Positions 36,601-51,245 are shown, counted from the stretch's first letter. The stretch is 64,000 bases of DNA from Yuukianura sp. NJ FZ-2021 (GCA_046563655.1 CM102285.1:2790001-2854000), one strand, 5' to 3'. Program-made: numbers and translations. The notes: generated from the sequence alone by a model not told the origin.

Positions 36601-39600
36601 TAAAGCTCGACCTTTTGAAAAGTAACTGAAGGTTACTGACCTTAACCTAATACTAATCATTGAAGATTAAGTTAAGTTATTTAGAGTAAGGTCATAGACT
36701 GAAATGGTATGATTTCATTTTAGGTTAGCCTAACTTTGAAAATTAGGGTTGAAGATGAGGATTTTCAAATTTGAGAGTAGAAGGAAGATTTGACTTTGAG
36801 AGTTTTTGCTTCGCCTGCGGCGGATTTTGTCCCTCACTACTTTTGATATTTCCAAGGTTAGTGAAGGGCTTAGTAGCAACCACAAAAAAGTGGAATAATT
36901 ATTGATGGGTACAAATTTGAAAAGTGAGATTTTTCCCTCTGCTTTTTTAGCTGACTTTTGTACCATAGTAGGCCACTCCTGATGCTTTGAAGGTACCAAA
37001 AACAGTCTTGTGATGATGAGCGATATAAATAGATGGAACGTTTTTGTAAAAAAAAAACACAGTTTTTGTGCCTCGAAGCTCACTCATGCTGGAGTTCTTT
37101 TTGATTTTGAAAAAGAGTGCCTTCATCTTCAACGCTCTTTTTCATCTCTCCCCTCGCCTTACGCTGACTTTTGACTTTGGCTCTTTTTCAATTTATTACT
37201 CCCTAGCATATCTAAAAGTTTTCAAAAAACTACTTTTTTGTTTTCATCCATTTGGTTTTAAAACTTTCGTCTGCAGATTTTACTACTAGTTTTACCCTAA
37301 AATTATTAGAGTAACAGGAATCAAATTCCTTGTCAAAATTTTATGAGGGGGTATAAATGAAAAAAGTAAGGAAAAGAAATTAAATGTTAAACTTCAAAGT
37401 GTTTTTTGAAGATATTTTTTCACTCGTGCAGATGCAAAAATCAATTACTCGAGAAGAGCTGGGAGCGTGTAGTGGTGTTAAGCAAAAGGAAATTGTTTCG
37501 AGTCAACACAACTCTCTTTTGATTTATTACAAGAAAAAGATAGAGTGTGGCGCATGAAAAATATTCTACACACAAAAAAGTCTGAAACTGATTGATTTGA
37601 AGTTGGCGCTAAAGCAAAACTCCGCCCCTTTCTTTTCTCAACTTCCACTAATGAACGTGTTTTTTTGAAAAGGAATATTAACATTTTTCTAAATGTCAAA
37701 CTTCATGAGATTATAACATGGTGCTAACTATTTTTTTGAGAAAACTTAGACGGGCGACGTGCAAGTCAAAGAGAAAAAAAATTGTAAGGAATTTATAAAA
37801 AAGTCAGGACGTGGGGAGGGTAATAGACCATGGCAACAAGCCTGAGAAATTTTTTTGACAAGAATAAAGCTATGCGGAGGTCGTTTTTATTTATTTTAGC
37901 ACCTGTCTTTTCAAATTTAAAGAAATTCAGTTCAAAATTTTTGGCAAAATAATTATTCACAGTTTTGTGTTTTGGCCTACTTTCCCCCTCATTGTTATTT
38001 TAAAAAGTTTTCTTTTAAAATCATTCGTATTTTCTGTATTTAAAATTTTTAAAATCTTATTTAAGTTTATAACACGTTATGTGTTTGCCTTATTTGCAGT
38101 TCCGCATTTACGTTTCCGTTTTCTACGCAAACTTTCTCCCTTTCCACGTTCACTTTTCTGTTTCACACTTACTTTTTTGTCTGTAAATTCCGCGCTCGAT
38201 TTTTGACGTAAAAATTGAAGCTTGACAGAATTTGCCGTGCATTTAGAGCTCGTTCTGGAAGTACTTTGTGTATGATTAAGGAGGGAGCTGGATAGGAATT
38301 TGGAGGATGACTGAAGGCATATTCCGTTCCATTGTTTCCCTGTCACCTTTGACATTTTCCCATTTCCCCGTTTTTCTAGCGCAGCAAAGTCCCGAAGGCT
38401 TCAACCTTCTTTTTCATTGTCAAAAAAGGCTTTCCTTTTTCCAATTTCCCTCCGTTTGGAAACCTGTCGTTGAAGTGAGTAAGTGCAGGCGAACCCACTA
38501 TTAGGCCACGTACATTTGTTACAACTAAAAGAAAAGGACCAACAAGTAGCTCCAAAACCCACATGTCCGTTCCCTTTGACATCCTCCTGAATATTTCATC
38601 ACTCTTGCTTTTCAAAAAAATGAGAACAATTTTTTAAACGAGCGAAAAAGTTTTTGATTTGAACAATGCATACAGCTAATGAGCAGAAAAGTTCAGAAAT
38701 TGAGGTGTGTCAAGATACTCTGATGTTTACTTTGGTGTTAGGCCAACATCAGGTTAGGTTCTCGCTAAGCTAAAAAATGTAATGGAATTGTTAGTTTAGT
38801 CTAAAAGAACAAAGAAAGTAGCCTAACTGTTTATTTCCAATTAAAATTTGACTAATGGGACTCAACACTTTCTTCCACGGTTCACAATACAAGAAAGAAA
38901 TTAGGAGAGAAAGTTTTGTAAGGGAAAAGCATGTGGTGGTTGGAGCTTTTGTGTCTGAGCCACACAAAAACCAAACGTAACAAAAAGTAAACAGAGCGAA
39001 GAGATCTGGAACTTATGAACTCCCCTTGTCTTCTGCGGTTATGTACAGTGCGTTTACTTTCACTTCTGAATAAAGTCAGAACGAGAAAATGAAGAAAGTT
39101 ACGCTAAGGCGGAAATACTTTTGAGCCACCTTGTACCTTGTCTACTTTGAATTGTGGAAAGACTCATCCGTTGTAGCTTTAGTAGAGAAAGTTTTCTCAA
39201 TTTGGAAAACTTTGCATTACATGCCAAAAGAGGTTTGAACTTTATTCTGTTTTTTACGTTTTTGAAAAAAAGACGGCGGTTATAGCGGAAGAGACTTTTT
39301 TTTTTATCTCCGGGATCTCATTGTTTTCAAATGTCTTTTCATTATGACTCTCTTCCGTTCTACTTCTTTCTTTTGAACGAGAATGGTAGTATTACGCAGA
39401 CCAGAAAAAGATCAACTATTGAACTAACTTCTCAGTACAGTTTGAATTTTAGTCGATTAAAAACAGATCACAACTCTAAACAAAACTAACACTCACGATT
39501 GAAAAATAAGAAATGAAGAATTTGAGTCGATTTTAGCCTGTTTTAGTTGCAAAGCCATTTTCATATACAAAAAAAATCGGCAAAGTTCGTAACATAACCT

Positions 39601-42600
39601 AACAAAATGTTGTTTTTTCTCAGCAGCAATCTCAAGTAATCGTTAAACCAGGCGATTATAATCGACAAAAACGTTAGGAATGCTGTTCCATTGAGGTTAA
39701 CTAAACTTTCTCTTCGTTTTCACTACTTTTTTTCCTGTGAACTGTCTTTCTCGCTTTCACTTGACGTGTTCATAGCGTTAGGCTGCTTATTGCAGAAACC
39801 CCCTTGGTCGTTGTCGACTAACAAAAAAACATTACGTTGAGACAGTGCTGGGCACCCCAGGTGGGACTTTCTCTTCTTTTCCCCTACAGCTACCGCCGCT
39901 TTTTACAGTAACTACTAACTCCAATCTTCTAAATGTACCTAGAAAGTTCAATTTTAGTTTCTATAGGTTAAGCTAAAGACAAAACTTTTGAGCCATACTG
40001 TACTTTTGGTAAGACCATCCCCACAGGCATAAAATATTATTGCTCCTTCCACTCTTAGATAAAAGGAAAGTTTCTCTCTTTATTTTCCACACTGGCGGAA
40101 TCACGCCGAACAAAAAGTCGCTTTCTCCAACTTTCACTTTTGTTCACAATGACGAAACAGTAGAAATCAGCCCACGCTTTTTCTTTTCTTTTTTTTTTCA
40201 AAAAAAAAACTTAATTTAATTCCAAGTTCTGAACAGAGGGAATGAGAAACGTCCTTGTCGTGGTTTTTGTTAAAGCAGTGTTGGAAATGAGTCTTTGCTT
40301 CCATGACTCTTGGAGTTTTGGACAGGAAGGAGTATGCGTCTGTCTTAATTTCTAAAAGTTTCTAAAATATGAAATTATTCATTTAGTTTTTGGAGGTTTA
40401 GAGAGAGCGGGAAGAAGAAAGTTTTGAAAGGGGGATTGACATTTATATTTAATTGGATTTGGGGAGTTTTTGGGGCCGAGCAGAAGCGAAGAAAGCCGGA
40501 GAAAGTTGGCGTCGCCATAACTTTCAGCTATGAAAACAGTTTTCTGTCCTTTTGTTAGGTTAGGCTGTTGGCCAAGTGCCATGAGGTGTGTGACCAATTT
40601 GGAGGGAAAGTGCGTACGTAGTGTATGAGAACACTTCCAGTTGAGTTGAGTAAATTAAACTTTTGTTCAAAAGTAATTGTTACTTTCTCCGCTCCTGCCA
40701 TATGCTCAATCTCAACATCTTGCTCAAACAAATTGTCTTTTCTTATCCCTCATCTTCTTCTTCCAGTTGGCAAATTATGGCAACAATTTCACCAAAAACC
40801 ACAATTTTTCTTGGAGTTGTTCACAAATTACGCAATCTCTTCACTCAGAAGTTAAACCTTAGCAAGAATAATTCGTTTCCTGGATGAAATGTTCCTCTTT
40901 ACGCTAAAATTTAAGTCGGATTTAGTTTTTAGAGTTTAGTTTACATTTTTAAGTTAAAAAAGGAGTGTTGTTAGAGTTAAGTAGAGTTAGACATGACTGG
41001 TGCAATTTTGAGAAGTGTTGGGTTTACAAGGTAGTTGGTTTAGTCGTGAACAACGTTGTCCAAAACCGCACTTCCTCTTCTTTTGACAGTGTGGAGAGCA
41101 GGGAATTTTGAATGACGTGAAATAATGACTTGGCTGTTTGATTAATGAATTGGGAAATGGGCTGAAAGGCATACGCTTCTGAATTTTGTATGAAGCAGAG
41201 AGCAAGCGGTCTGCTCACCCGGGAACGAAAACGATTTCGATGGATTTTGCAAAACCAAGTTACAAACCTAACCTTCTCTTTGGTCTTTTTTCTCTCTACC
41301 GTGAAAAAAAACTTTTGAGCGAAAAACCTAACGTAGAATGTAGCGTGTTTAAAGCGAGCTAGACTCAGCTTAGGTCTAACATCTAAGGTCCACCACTAGC
41401 TAGCCAAGCAATAGCTGGGATTCCCTGAACACTTTCAAAAAAGTCGGACTTTGGTACAGTTGCCAAGGTCTCTGGCCATTAGGAAAGTGGAAGCTGAGGC
41501 TTGGAAGATAACCGGGAATTTTCAAAGTTTATGTCTCAACTTGTGTGCGCTCTCTCTTTTTGGGTGGATTTTTCTTTAGCTCCGGCGGAGTCACTTCCAT
41601 TCTCCATTAGATTCTAGAATTCAATTCTTCCAACTTTTTGTTTTTTCCCTCTGTTTTTAGCTCGAGCTTTGCGAGCCAGTAGAGCTTTCTTCTCTAGAGA
41701 ATCTGCCCTTCCAGTTCAATTTCCTCCGATTGATGGGTAATACTTTTGAATCTTGCCGCCGGTAAACATGAGTCCAATTCCCTTACAATCCTCCATCTTT
41801 TTTAGACGTTAGGCAGGGAAAAGCATTTCTTTTTCCGGTTCTACCAAAATGCGCGTGGGTGAAGTTGGAGAGTCTCAAATCAAATTTTAGTTTTCGAGAG
41901 AAGAAATTCCGATTTAGTCAGCCGAAAAAACACAGGGACTGCTGGACATTTCATTTAGGTTTGGTGAGCGTTCTACGCGCCGGCGCCAACGACTTAGCCT
42001 TTTCCATTTGTCTGTAAATTTATAAAGCGGAAAATTTCAAAATTTTTGAAAAAAAAATGGAGCATAAGGACATGTGATGACAAAGGAGTAAATCAAATTC
42101 TGAATTCCATTTTGATTTTTGGGGAATTTGGAAATTCATAAAACTCAATTCCAAGTCGTCTTTCATCTTTTGCCATTTTTTCTTTCTATAAATTTTTGCC
42201 AGGTTAAGTTATTTTGAGTTTAGGTTATTTTTTACTCCAAGTACAGGAAATGAATAATTCTGAGAAGGTGGGAGAATTCAAAAGTGGAATATTTTTCCTT
42301 GATGTTGTCACTCATTGGGAGTCGTGGTTTTTTGACTGGTGAAAGTAGAGAAAGTTAGGTTAGTGAACGATTCCATTGCATGGGAAAGTGTTATTATGCC
42401 CGTCTGAATTGGCCGCTGAGCTCCTTTGGAAAGTGAAGTAGCGAGGCATTTATTTAAATGACTGGGCCATTGGACTTGGAGTTTCCCTACGACCACTTAA
42501 CGTTAGGTTTGGTTAGCCTGAGCTTCCTACTTTCTCGTCGATTCTATCGTAGGAAACGAAACTAAACGAGAACCTATTAGGTAGGACCTAATTTACACAA

Positions 42601-45600
42601 TTCCCAATGAATATGCTTTAGTCCAATTCACTTTTATTTGAACTCTTCCTCCTTTACCTCCTGCCCTATGCGGGTATGTGGAAGGGGGAAATTGATTTAG
42701 TGGTGGCAAGAGACAGAAACAAACCTAACGTAAGCCCAACCGAGTCAAAGTTCCAAGAAACTCAACTTTTGAATTCCGAAAGGACGACACTAAAATGTTT
42801 CTCAGGAAAATCCGTTTTTTTCCCAACGAATATCAAATGCCCAAAACTACGCATCGTTTGTCATTTGGCGACTTTCACTGCAAAATCTACAGTGTCGTCC
42901 ATTTTTCACCACGTTTACTTTGGCTGAAATTTTGCACCAAATATTTTTTTTTAATCGAAGAGCATTATCGAAGGTACCAAACGTTTTTGCAACAAAAGCT
43001 AAAGTAATCGGAAAAAGTAAATGTCAAATTTTAACGACTGACGTTGTAGACTCGAAGCAGAAGCCATTCGGTTTACCTGCCTTTACCAAACCCCCTATCA
43101 TTTTCCTAATGAATAAGAGAAAAACTTTCTCTTTGGCTGGCAAAAACTGAAAAAGGAAAAAAAACTGCCGGAGTTAGGGTTTGAACCAGAGACTCGATCA
43201 GAGGAGCAGAGATGAAGAGAAGGAAAGTAATAACATTACGCTTTTATGCTGACGACTAACTTTCCCCATTTTTTGATTTCCTATCGCCTTTTCCCGCGCA
43301 GTTTCTCTAAGAGCAGCAGGCGGATCTGGTAAAAATGTAAGTTTTCCCTTTATGACTCCCCTGAACTTTCTCCTAATTAGGTGCAATATGCCAAAGACCG
43401 TTAGGAACAGATCCAAAACGCGCACAGACTCAAAAGCCATCGTTGGTAAAAATAACGTAAGTTTTTGAAAACTTAAAAAACCCGTTTTTTGAACTGCATT
43501 TGTCTGCTCGAGGGAATTGGCACGAAATAGGACTGACCAGAGGAAACTCCAACAGATATTTTTAGCACTCCATTTAAAATTTATGGAATTTCGGTGACGT
43601 GAGTGTTGTACTTTGGTTGCGGACAGACAGACAGACGGACTTGCACGATGTATGTCAAAGGTTATTTTGAAAAATGATAGATTTGTGAGACTTTTGAAGG
43701 ATTGATGATGAGATGGTGGTTGCAGTGCGGGTGGATTCCCATGAACGCTTCCCTTCTAATCAGGCAAGTTAGGTTAAGTTATGTTATAACGCTCTACTCT
43801 CTCGGTTTTTTTTTCAAAAGTTCCCGGGTTAAGTTAAGTAAGTGGATGGAGTGGAATTATGAGCTTAGTTGACAGGTCACACATGGTCGCTTCGGAGTCC
43901 ATCCAACCGCTGCTCCGCTTTCTAAAAGTGTCCAAGCAGCACGAAAATCCTGTTCCGGTGTTCCCAACTTCAAAAACTCTTGTCCATTTCCACTTTTTCC
44001 CATGTACTTACTTCATATTTTCAAAATGTATTTTACAAGAAATCAAAGTCATCAATTTTCTTTCAAAAACGAGACTCTTTCGTGATAGTTATGCATTCAA
44101 GCCCAAAAACTTCCTAATCTTAGATTTCACCTGGCCCGGAACTAATTCAAAATCAAGAAACTGTTTGATTAGACCTTTTACAACAATGTCAACCATTTAC
44201 CAATGTGTTTCAATTATTCCCCAAACCTAATGCTTATCTGCACAGTTCAGTTGATGACTTTGTGTGAACAGATATAAATCATATGTCATCATCTAAAGTA
44301 AACATGCTTCGTTTTTTGAAAAAAAAAATCACGCAGACGCAGAACAGAAAAAAAAGTTTCGTTCATCATGGACTGAAACAAGTGTCTATCCTAGACGCTG
44401 CTCAAGTTCGAATTTTTTTGTAAGTGGGGAGAAGGTTATGCAGACCCAAAGATTAAGTTTCAAGTGGATTCAGATGTGGGCACGGTGCACTTTCCTTTTA
44501 CAGTTGAATTTGAGAAATAGAGGTTTTAAAAGTGGTCGTGCATAATGAACAGAAAGAAGAAGAGTTTTAGTTTTTAGAAGCCAGTTATTATTAATCTGCG
44601 CAACTCTTACATCTGGTTTTCCTCTTCTCGTAAGATCTGGATCCTACAAATAATTCAAAACTTTCGTGTTTTTTAACTCCGCAAACCCTGAAAGTATCCT
44701 TATTCGTTAGATTAGCTTTGAGTGGTTTTTGAAAAGGATTTTTTAATCCTTCAGTTTTTAAGAAAGAGTTTTAAAAAAAGACGTTAAAGGCAGACTCAAA
44801 AATCTATTTCTGACACGTTTTATTCCCTGTTTTACATTTTAATTAATCATAAAACTCAAAGTTAAAAGGAGAAGAAGAAGAAACTCTTCTTGGAACTGAG
44901 CAGAGTCTGGGAAATTTTAAATTTAGATCCCTCACTCACTCACTTTACGAATTTTATTAAAATGGGGGGAGATTAAGAAACGAAAAGCGTTTGAAGATAC
45001 GAGGAATTTATGTGGAAAGTCGTTTTGGTTGAACAAAAGTTGGCATTTGGGGGGTGCACGAACTGTCGTCAACATTTTCTAAAAAAACGGAACAACTTTT
45101 TTTTGAACAGATTCAAGAGGTTGCTCATTAGGAATATTTACGAGAGGGTTTTCGTAAATTTTTCAAGGACTTACAATACTACACAAAATTCTACTTTTAC
45201 GTTTTTTTAGCCTACAAAATCACACTCAAACAACATTTTGAGCCGGAGAAAGTTTTGTGTTTAAGAAGAAAAACTCGTTTTTCCTTTGAAAATGTGCTAA
45301 TGGCGTTAGTTTTAAATTTTGGGATTTGGAGAAAAAAATGAAAGCTTACAAAAATTTAGAGTTGGCAAAAAAAGCAAAAAGGCTCTGAAAAAAGTTTAGC
45401 AGGTTCTTTGTAACTATTTTTATGTTGAATTTTTTTTGGTGGTAGTAGCAGGTTTAAAACAGTTTTTCAAAAAAAAAAAGCTTCCACTTGCTCTCTGTTA
45501 AATTTCGTGATGATGGTGAAGTCTTAATTTGAAGTTCAGTTGTAACGAAAAGCATGAAATGCCATTGTACTTCAAAAACTACTCGACTGCAAAACTGCTC

Positions 45601-48600
45601 CTCTCTTTTTTTGAGAGTTGTATTTTTACACATTGGAAAAATGTGTGAGTGAGGCTTAACATTCTTCAGGTTAAAAAAACTTTCAAGACGAACATTTCAA
45701 AAATGGAGAGAAGAAGAAAAAATGAAAGATTTTAAAAGGGAGTAAATTGTTTTGTACTTTCCATGGTGGTGCTCTTTTTTCATTTCATTTCGTGAGTCTC
45801 GGATTCTCTTGTTTCTTAGGGGTTATACTGTTCCTAGGACTTGTCGGATTCGTCCGCGGTTTGTTCCTTGGACAAACCCGGTCATTTCTGAACCCTATTT
45901 TGTAAGGTTATAGAATAGAAGAAAAAAGAATGTGGTGGAAGGTTTCTTTGTTGGATTGTGTAAGAAGTGGAGTCATGACTATGTTGTTGTAATTCAATCC
46001 CCGAGTGGTGGTTGAAGTGGAGAAATTAAAGTGTTTCAAAAGAATTCTTTTGCTGAATAGACTTTTGGGAAGATGAGAAACAAGAAGGCTGGGTTAGGAA
46101 AGAAACAATCGAAGGAGGACAGGGATCGGCTTAAGAGATGTACAATAATAAGTCCATTTTCTAATGAGTGACGCCGTGCAGACTAATTTATCACGACATC
46201 TTACACTTCATTCAGTTCATAACATGTCGTAAAAGTGTATTTGAAAATCTCAAATCAGAAGTGAAAAACACAATGACAGTCAAAAACAATTTTTCTTGAG
46301 ACAATTCAAGGCTATGCAGTGGTGATACGAACTTTTTAATATTTGCAAACTTGCACAACTAAAAATTCAAGCTCAAGGTTTAAGGTGACGCTAATGTATT
46401 TTGAATAACAAAAGAATGTATTTCGGGATTGGTTGAAAGAGAATGTAAAAATTTTGTTTGCTTTCGCAGAAACCATGCCAGGAAATTTTTTTGTATGTAC
46501 GAGAAAGTGGTGAAAGTGATGAAAAGTGTTTGTTGGGTGTGGACACTTGGGAAAGCTATGCCCGGAACGTCTACGTCTGAGTTTTCACCGTAGAATACCA
46601 TAGCTTGTGTCACTCTAATTCTAGACTGTCCAACGTGTCACTCTGCATTTCCTCTTCTGATATTTGCACTTTTACTACAATTCCTTTTCTGACAAAAAAT
46701 CAATTCCAATTCCATTTGATACACTTTTCTATCTTTTCATTCACTTGAGTCACTAAAAAATTGTCACTTTGGAATAAGTGGCAGGTGAGTCATTTATTCC
46801 AAATTCCAATTATCATCACCCAATGTATTACATAATTGAAGTCATCATCGGGTTTTGAATTTGAAATTCAATTGAATTCAATACAAATTAGAAGGCAGAA
46901 CTACTTTTTGCATAATTCCACCACTGCGAAATTTGAAAAGTTCAAACGTTTTTAACCTCAAAAGTTCTAGGCTTAAGTTTCAAAGCTCCAGCTTTGAAGA
47001 AATAAATTTGAATGGAAGAATTAAATTACAGTAAAAAGAGGTTTAAGTCTGTTTCTAATAAATAAAAAGACAAGAGAGTTACGGCGGGAGAGGAATTGGA
47101 AATTCAAATAATGGCGCTCAAAGGAGGTAGCAAGCGGAGATTAGAGTCTATTTTCAAATGTGGAGTGAATAATGAATTCTGCTGGAACTGTCTTTACAAA
47201 CAGAGTTGGGCAAAGTATAAATTTCCTTTCAAAGTGACAGCTTCTCCCGCACTTTTTGTTGTTTGAAGTTTCCCACTGTCTTTACAAAACCACATCAAAC
47301 ACAGAACAGATTACAATCTTCAAACGCTTCAAAATGTGTCTCTGCGCTTGCGCAAGTGACGAAAACATTGATCGAATGCTTACATTATTAAAAAAAAAAA
47401 AGCACATAAAAATTTAAACCCGGAAACTGTGAAATTTAGCAGAATTGAAACTTCAAACAAAATTTTCTACTCCAACTGTTGTATTTTTCTTAAATGTAAT
47501 AATAATTTCAGAGTAGTGCACCGCTGCTGTCTGTGTTCGAATGTGAAATTAATGTAATTTGACTATTAAAACGCGGGAAGCGTCTTTAAATCTGAAGTCT
47601 ATTCGAACAAAGGAACTCATACAAATGAGGCCTTAAGTACCCATCTCCATTTGAGAACTCAGAAGTTGGAAAATGCAGTTCCACAAACCAACATCTTAGG
47701 AAATTTGCATAAAACAAAAAGAATATTTAAACGTTAGAGAGAGGGGAGGGGGAGTTTTGCCGTGCCACCACAAAGTGTCACTTCCCAGCGCCTTTTCACA
47801 GTTTAGTTGAAATTCAACTGTTTCGTTTAAATTTACGAGTGAAGGGCGTGTTTTTTTAAAAAACAACAACATTTTTTAAAAGTTTAAACCAAACGTGTGG
47901 ATTTTTTGGCGTAAATTGTAGAAGATTAATTTGAAATGGAAACTCCTCTTTGTTACTGCCAATATCTGATCTTTTATGTTATTTTATTTCCCTCAAAAGT
48001 GTGAATCTTATTCACGAAAATCGTGTCTTGTTTTCCATTTTCGTCTTTTTTTTCTTGTGATGTGTGGATTGGTAACCTGCCAAAAGTTTTTGTCTCTCCT
48101 TGTATTTTTTTCTCGTTCAAACTGGAATTGTTGCCTTTTTATTCAAAAACTGGCTTGTGATGGTGTGTGGTGATGATAATGCCAAAAAGACAAAGTTATG
48201 CTAATAACATACAGCCATATTTCAGAGGTGCCCAACTTTAACAACGTGTGTTTTCCTCTAACATTCAAAATAATTAAATTTCTTTTCAAATTACATCGTG
48301 AAACTTCTTTTCACTAGAAATTTATTGTTCCGTGCACTTTTTCCTTTCGGCTGCGCAAAGCTCTAAAAAAGTTAAAGCGTTTTCCCCAAAAAGGTGTTTT
48401 GTGAAGTATTTTGTTTATTTTGGTTAAGTAAGATGAATCCAAAAGGTGGGGCGGGAAGGAACTTCTATTTGAAAAAAAGAGTAAAGATTAACGTAGTAAT
48501 TACTGCCGTGTAGAAGATGAATGGCTTCCATTCACGCAATAATCAGAGGCACAACCTTTAAGTTTGAGCAATTTCGGATTGCTCTGGATTCAGAGAAAAA

Positions 48601-48969
48601 GTGAGTTGTGCGCCACTTCCATTAAAACCAAAAGGATTTTTAATGGCCGTTTTTATAAGTGCCAAGGGGGACTGTATAAGATGAAGAGAGCAAAAAAACA
48701 CTTTTACGTGAAATCAAATGAGTGTTGTGCGCATTTAATTTCCTTTTGCAAAATGTAATTTTGCGCATGTCCCAAAAATGTCGTGAGGGAAGTGGTGACC
48801 CAGACTGAAACTTTTTTTTATGGAAAAATTCTTAAGTCGAAGTTTAATTCCTCAAAGACGAATTTCTGGTTTAGTGTCACTAGTCAAGGTGAACTACTTG
48901 TGGAAATGATGTGACTGAAGCTATACATGGCCACAGGAAAAATGCAACTAAAATTTTTTGCATTCTGGA

Positions 48970-48998
48970 TATAAACTTACTCATGCACAAAGTTAGTT
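48970..48998 (+). promoter_or_regulatory. Putative core promoter of gene 2 (TATA box plus Inr-like TTAGTT)
   Basis: TATAAA at 48970-48975 and TTAGTT at 48993-48998, about 60-85 nt upstream of the ATG at 49057. Confidence 0.45.
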
Positions 48999-49056
48999 TT
49001 GGAATATAGTCGTAGACAGTCGTTTCAAAAATCTCGTGAAAAGTTTTTAGGCTAAC

Positions 49057-50008
49057 ATGAAACTGTCTACTTTTTCTACGGTGTTTTGTATTTCATTGGT
49101 TGTGACCTTTGGTGATCAAATTTCTCCAAACTCAACTCCAGATTTAAGCGAAACAGACGAAATTCGTCCGTTTTCTTCACCTTTGGATGAGTTTGATCGC
49201 ATTGAAAAAGAGTGCGAACATAAAGGAGTTCAAGGATTCGATGCTGCCAGGGTTTGTTTTTAACACACGAGTTCTAAAGTTGTTGAAATTTTGAAAGTAT
49301 TGAATATGTTAGGAGGACCATCAGAACTGTTTGAAAAGCAAGGAAAACAAGGCAGACGAGGTCGGTCAAAGTTGTAACGATGGGGTTCGCGGGAACAGTG
49401 CCTGTTGGGTTGGCATTACGCAGAAGATTGAGGAGTGTCTTCCCGGAAGAGGGAAAACTGTCGAGTCAATTCACACGGCCTTTCGTCTTGAATTTTATTG
49501 CAATCCCAATTTTACAGGTATTCAAATCTTGTAAAGTCGAGAAACAAAGTCCGCCAATTATAAAATCTTGAAAATCCACCAATTAACCTTACAATTTTGA
49601 AAATTTAAAAGCCGAACTAAGCAAACTCGAAACTTCCGGGAAGTTGTGCTCAGCCGAACTCAAGAAAACTGAAGCCTGCAAAGATGTTGTGGGCATGACC
49701 TCTGCTGACCTTTGCACGTAACAAAACTCAATGGCTTTGACCCAAGACCTAACTTAAACTAAGTTGAATAATTTTGTAGAAGCTTTTCTGCACAAAAGTT
49801 ATGTGAGGAGAGTAACTTGGCGTCTTGTCCATACGATGAGCATACGGGATTGATGCGAAATGGATTGAATGCTATTGGGAAATTGTTGGGTTGCAAGGAA
49901 ACAGAAACGGCTCATCCAGAAGGCCATCAGCCAGTTGTGAGCAAAAGTCCACAAACTCAAATTCTTTCAATTTTGCCAATTTTGATTTTGGCGCGAATTG
50001 TTCTTTAA
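49057..50008 (+). CDS. Secreted/GPI-anchored cysteine-rich protein, 27-kDa haemolymph protein (DUF1397)-like; join(49057..49251,49313..49517,49612..49717,49780..50008), 244 aa
   Basis: Three short GT-AG introns (61, 94, 62 nt; phases 0, 1, 2) link the ORF pieces into one 735-nt frame. Hydrophobic N-terminus MKLSTFSTVFCISLVVTFG. 12 mature Cys with spacing like DUF1397 as I recall it (C-x10-C, LEFYC, C-x8-C-x7-C, terminal C). Hydrophobic C-terminus ILSILPILILARIVL. Confidence 0.85.
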
Positions 50009-51193
50009 TAATTTCAAATTTTTCATTTAAGAAAACTCTGTCAAATATATTAAAATTTGGTTTTTTTGCTTGTTTTGTTTCGTTGTTTGTAAAGTTGATT
50101 TTTTTGACAACTGTGAACATTAATTTTTTTGCCTTTTCTGTGTGTGTGGTGCAGAACTGGTCTGTAGAACAGGTATGGGCATGAGCACACTTCTTCCGTG
50201 TGCTGTGCCCAGACATATTTCAAGTTTACGAAATTGATGAGGTAGATCAACTTACATCTTCTGCGTGCATTGTTTTATGGCGTCGTAACACAACAAAACA
50301 TCACAGTCAGCTCAAGGCACAAATCCATTCCTCCATCTTTCCAACTTTTCTGAGACGGGCAACTCATGTTTCAATCCCCAGGAACAAAAGACTTTTAAAC
50401 CAAATTTAAAAAAATCTTTCCAACTTTGTTTTTAAATCAGCCGTTCGCCTGCTGCTGCTGCTCGGGATAATCGACTCTGAAATTAGCCTTTAACTATGCA
50501 CCGAAGTTGGTCTAAACGTCCCTGGCTCCTACGCATTTGAAAGTTCCCTCGGAGTGATCAAGGATGCACGCACGGTTTCTATTAGGAATTAGGTTTAGAC
50601 GTCGTTTGATATGTACGACGGAGGCTGGAAGGTGGTTTCTTAGGGTTAGAGGGGTAACCTAACCTAAGTAAACGTAAGAATCTCATTGTAAGGAACCACA
50701 GATGGACTTCTGCCCCACTCTGTTCCAACGGAGGTTCTTCTAGAACGAGACACGGGACGTGACGGGACTTTTAAAAGAGACAGCAGAGAAAATTGATGCT
50801 TTAAAAGCCTCTTTGAACAGAGAACTTGTTCCTGGAAAGGGAGTACAAAGAAGGTAGTACGGAAGGTAGGAAACAGTCGCAGGAGGGGGGAAGCATGAGC
50901 TGGTCAAAATACAATTCCAGTTTAAAATACCCGCCAGCACTTGCAGTTGATCAACACTAATCGTCTGGAGTGGTCAGGGATTGAAATGAACAAAAGTACA
51001 AGGTTTGTGGAAAGAAAAAATACAAAATAAGAACATGAGAAAATGATTTTTTTTAAACTTTGTACCCTTCAGGCAAGGTTGCTTTAACGCCCATTTATAT
51101 AAATACGCTAACAGTTTATGCCATAACTCTGAATTTTTTACAACACAAAAAAAGAAACATTTTTTGTACAAAACATCTTTCAACCTGCCACAG

Positions 51194-51245
51194 GCAGGTG
51201 ATTGTGCTATTCAAAATTAGCAGGTGATTGTGCTATTAAAAATTA
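51194..51245. repeat. 26-bp tandem duplication
   Basis: GCAGGTGATTGTGCTATT(C/A)AAAATTA x2. Confidence 0.9.

Noticed and set aside
38380..38478. Possible exon with TTTTTCTAG acceptor and GTGAGT/GTAAGT donors
   Set aside because: T-rich, intron-like composition and no convincing peptide in any frame.
39805..39875. Partial matches to miR-981 (TCGTTGTCGAC) and miR-278 (GGTGGGACTTTC)
   Set aside because: Only 11-12 nt match my recalled mature sequences, and no precursor hairpin is visible.
41660..41740. Strong acceptor followed by LELCEPVELSSLENLP…
   Set aside because: Weak donor, no linkage to either gene and no recognisable homology.
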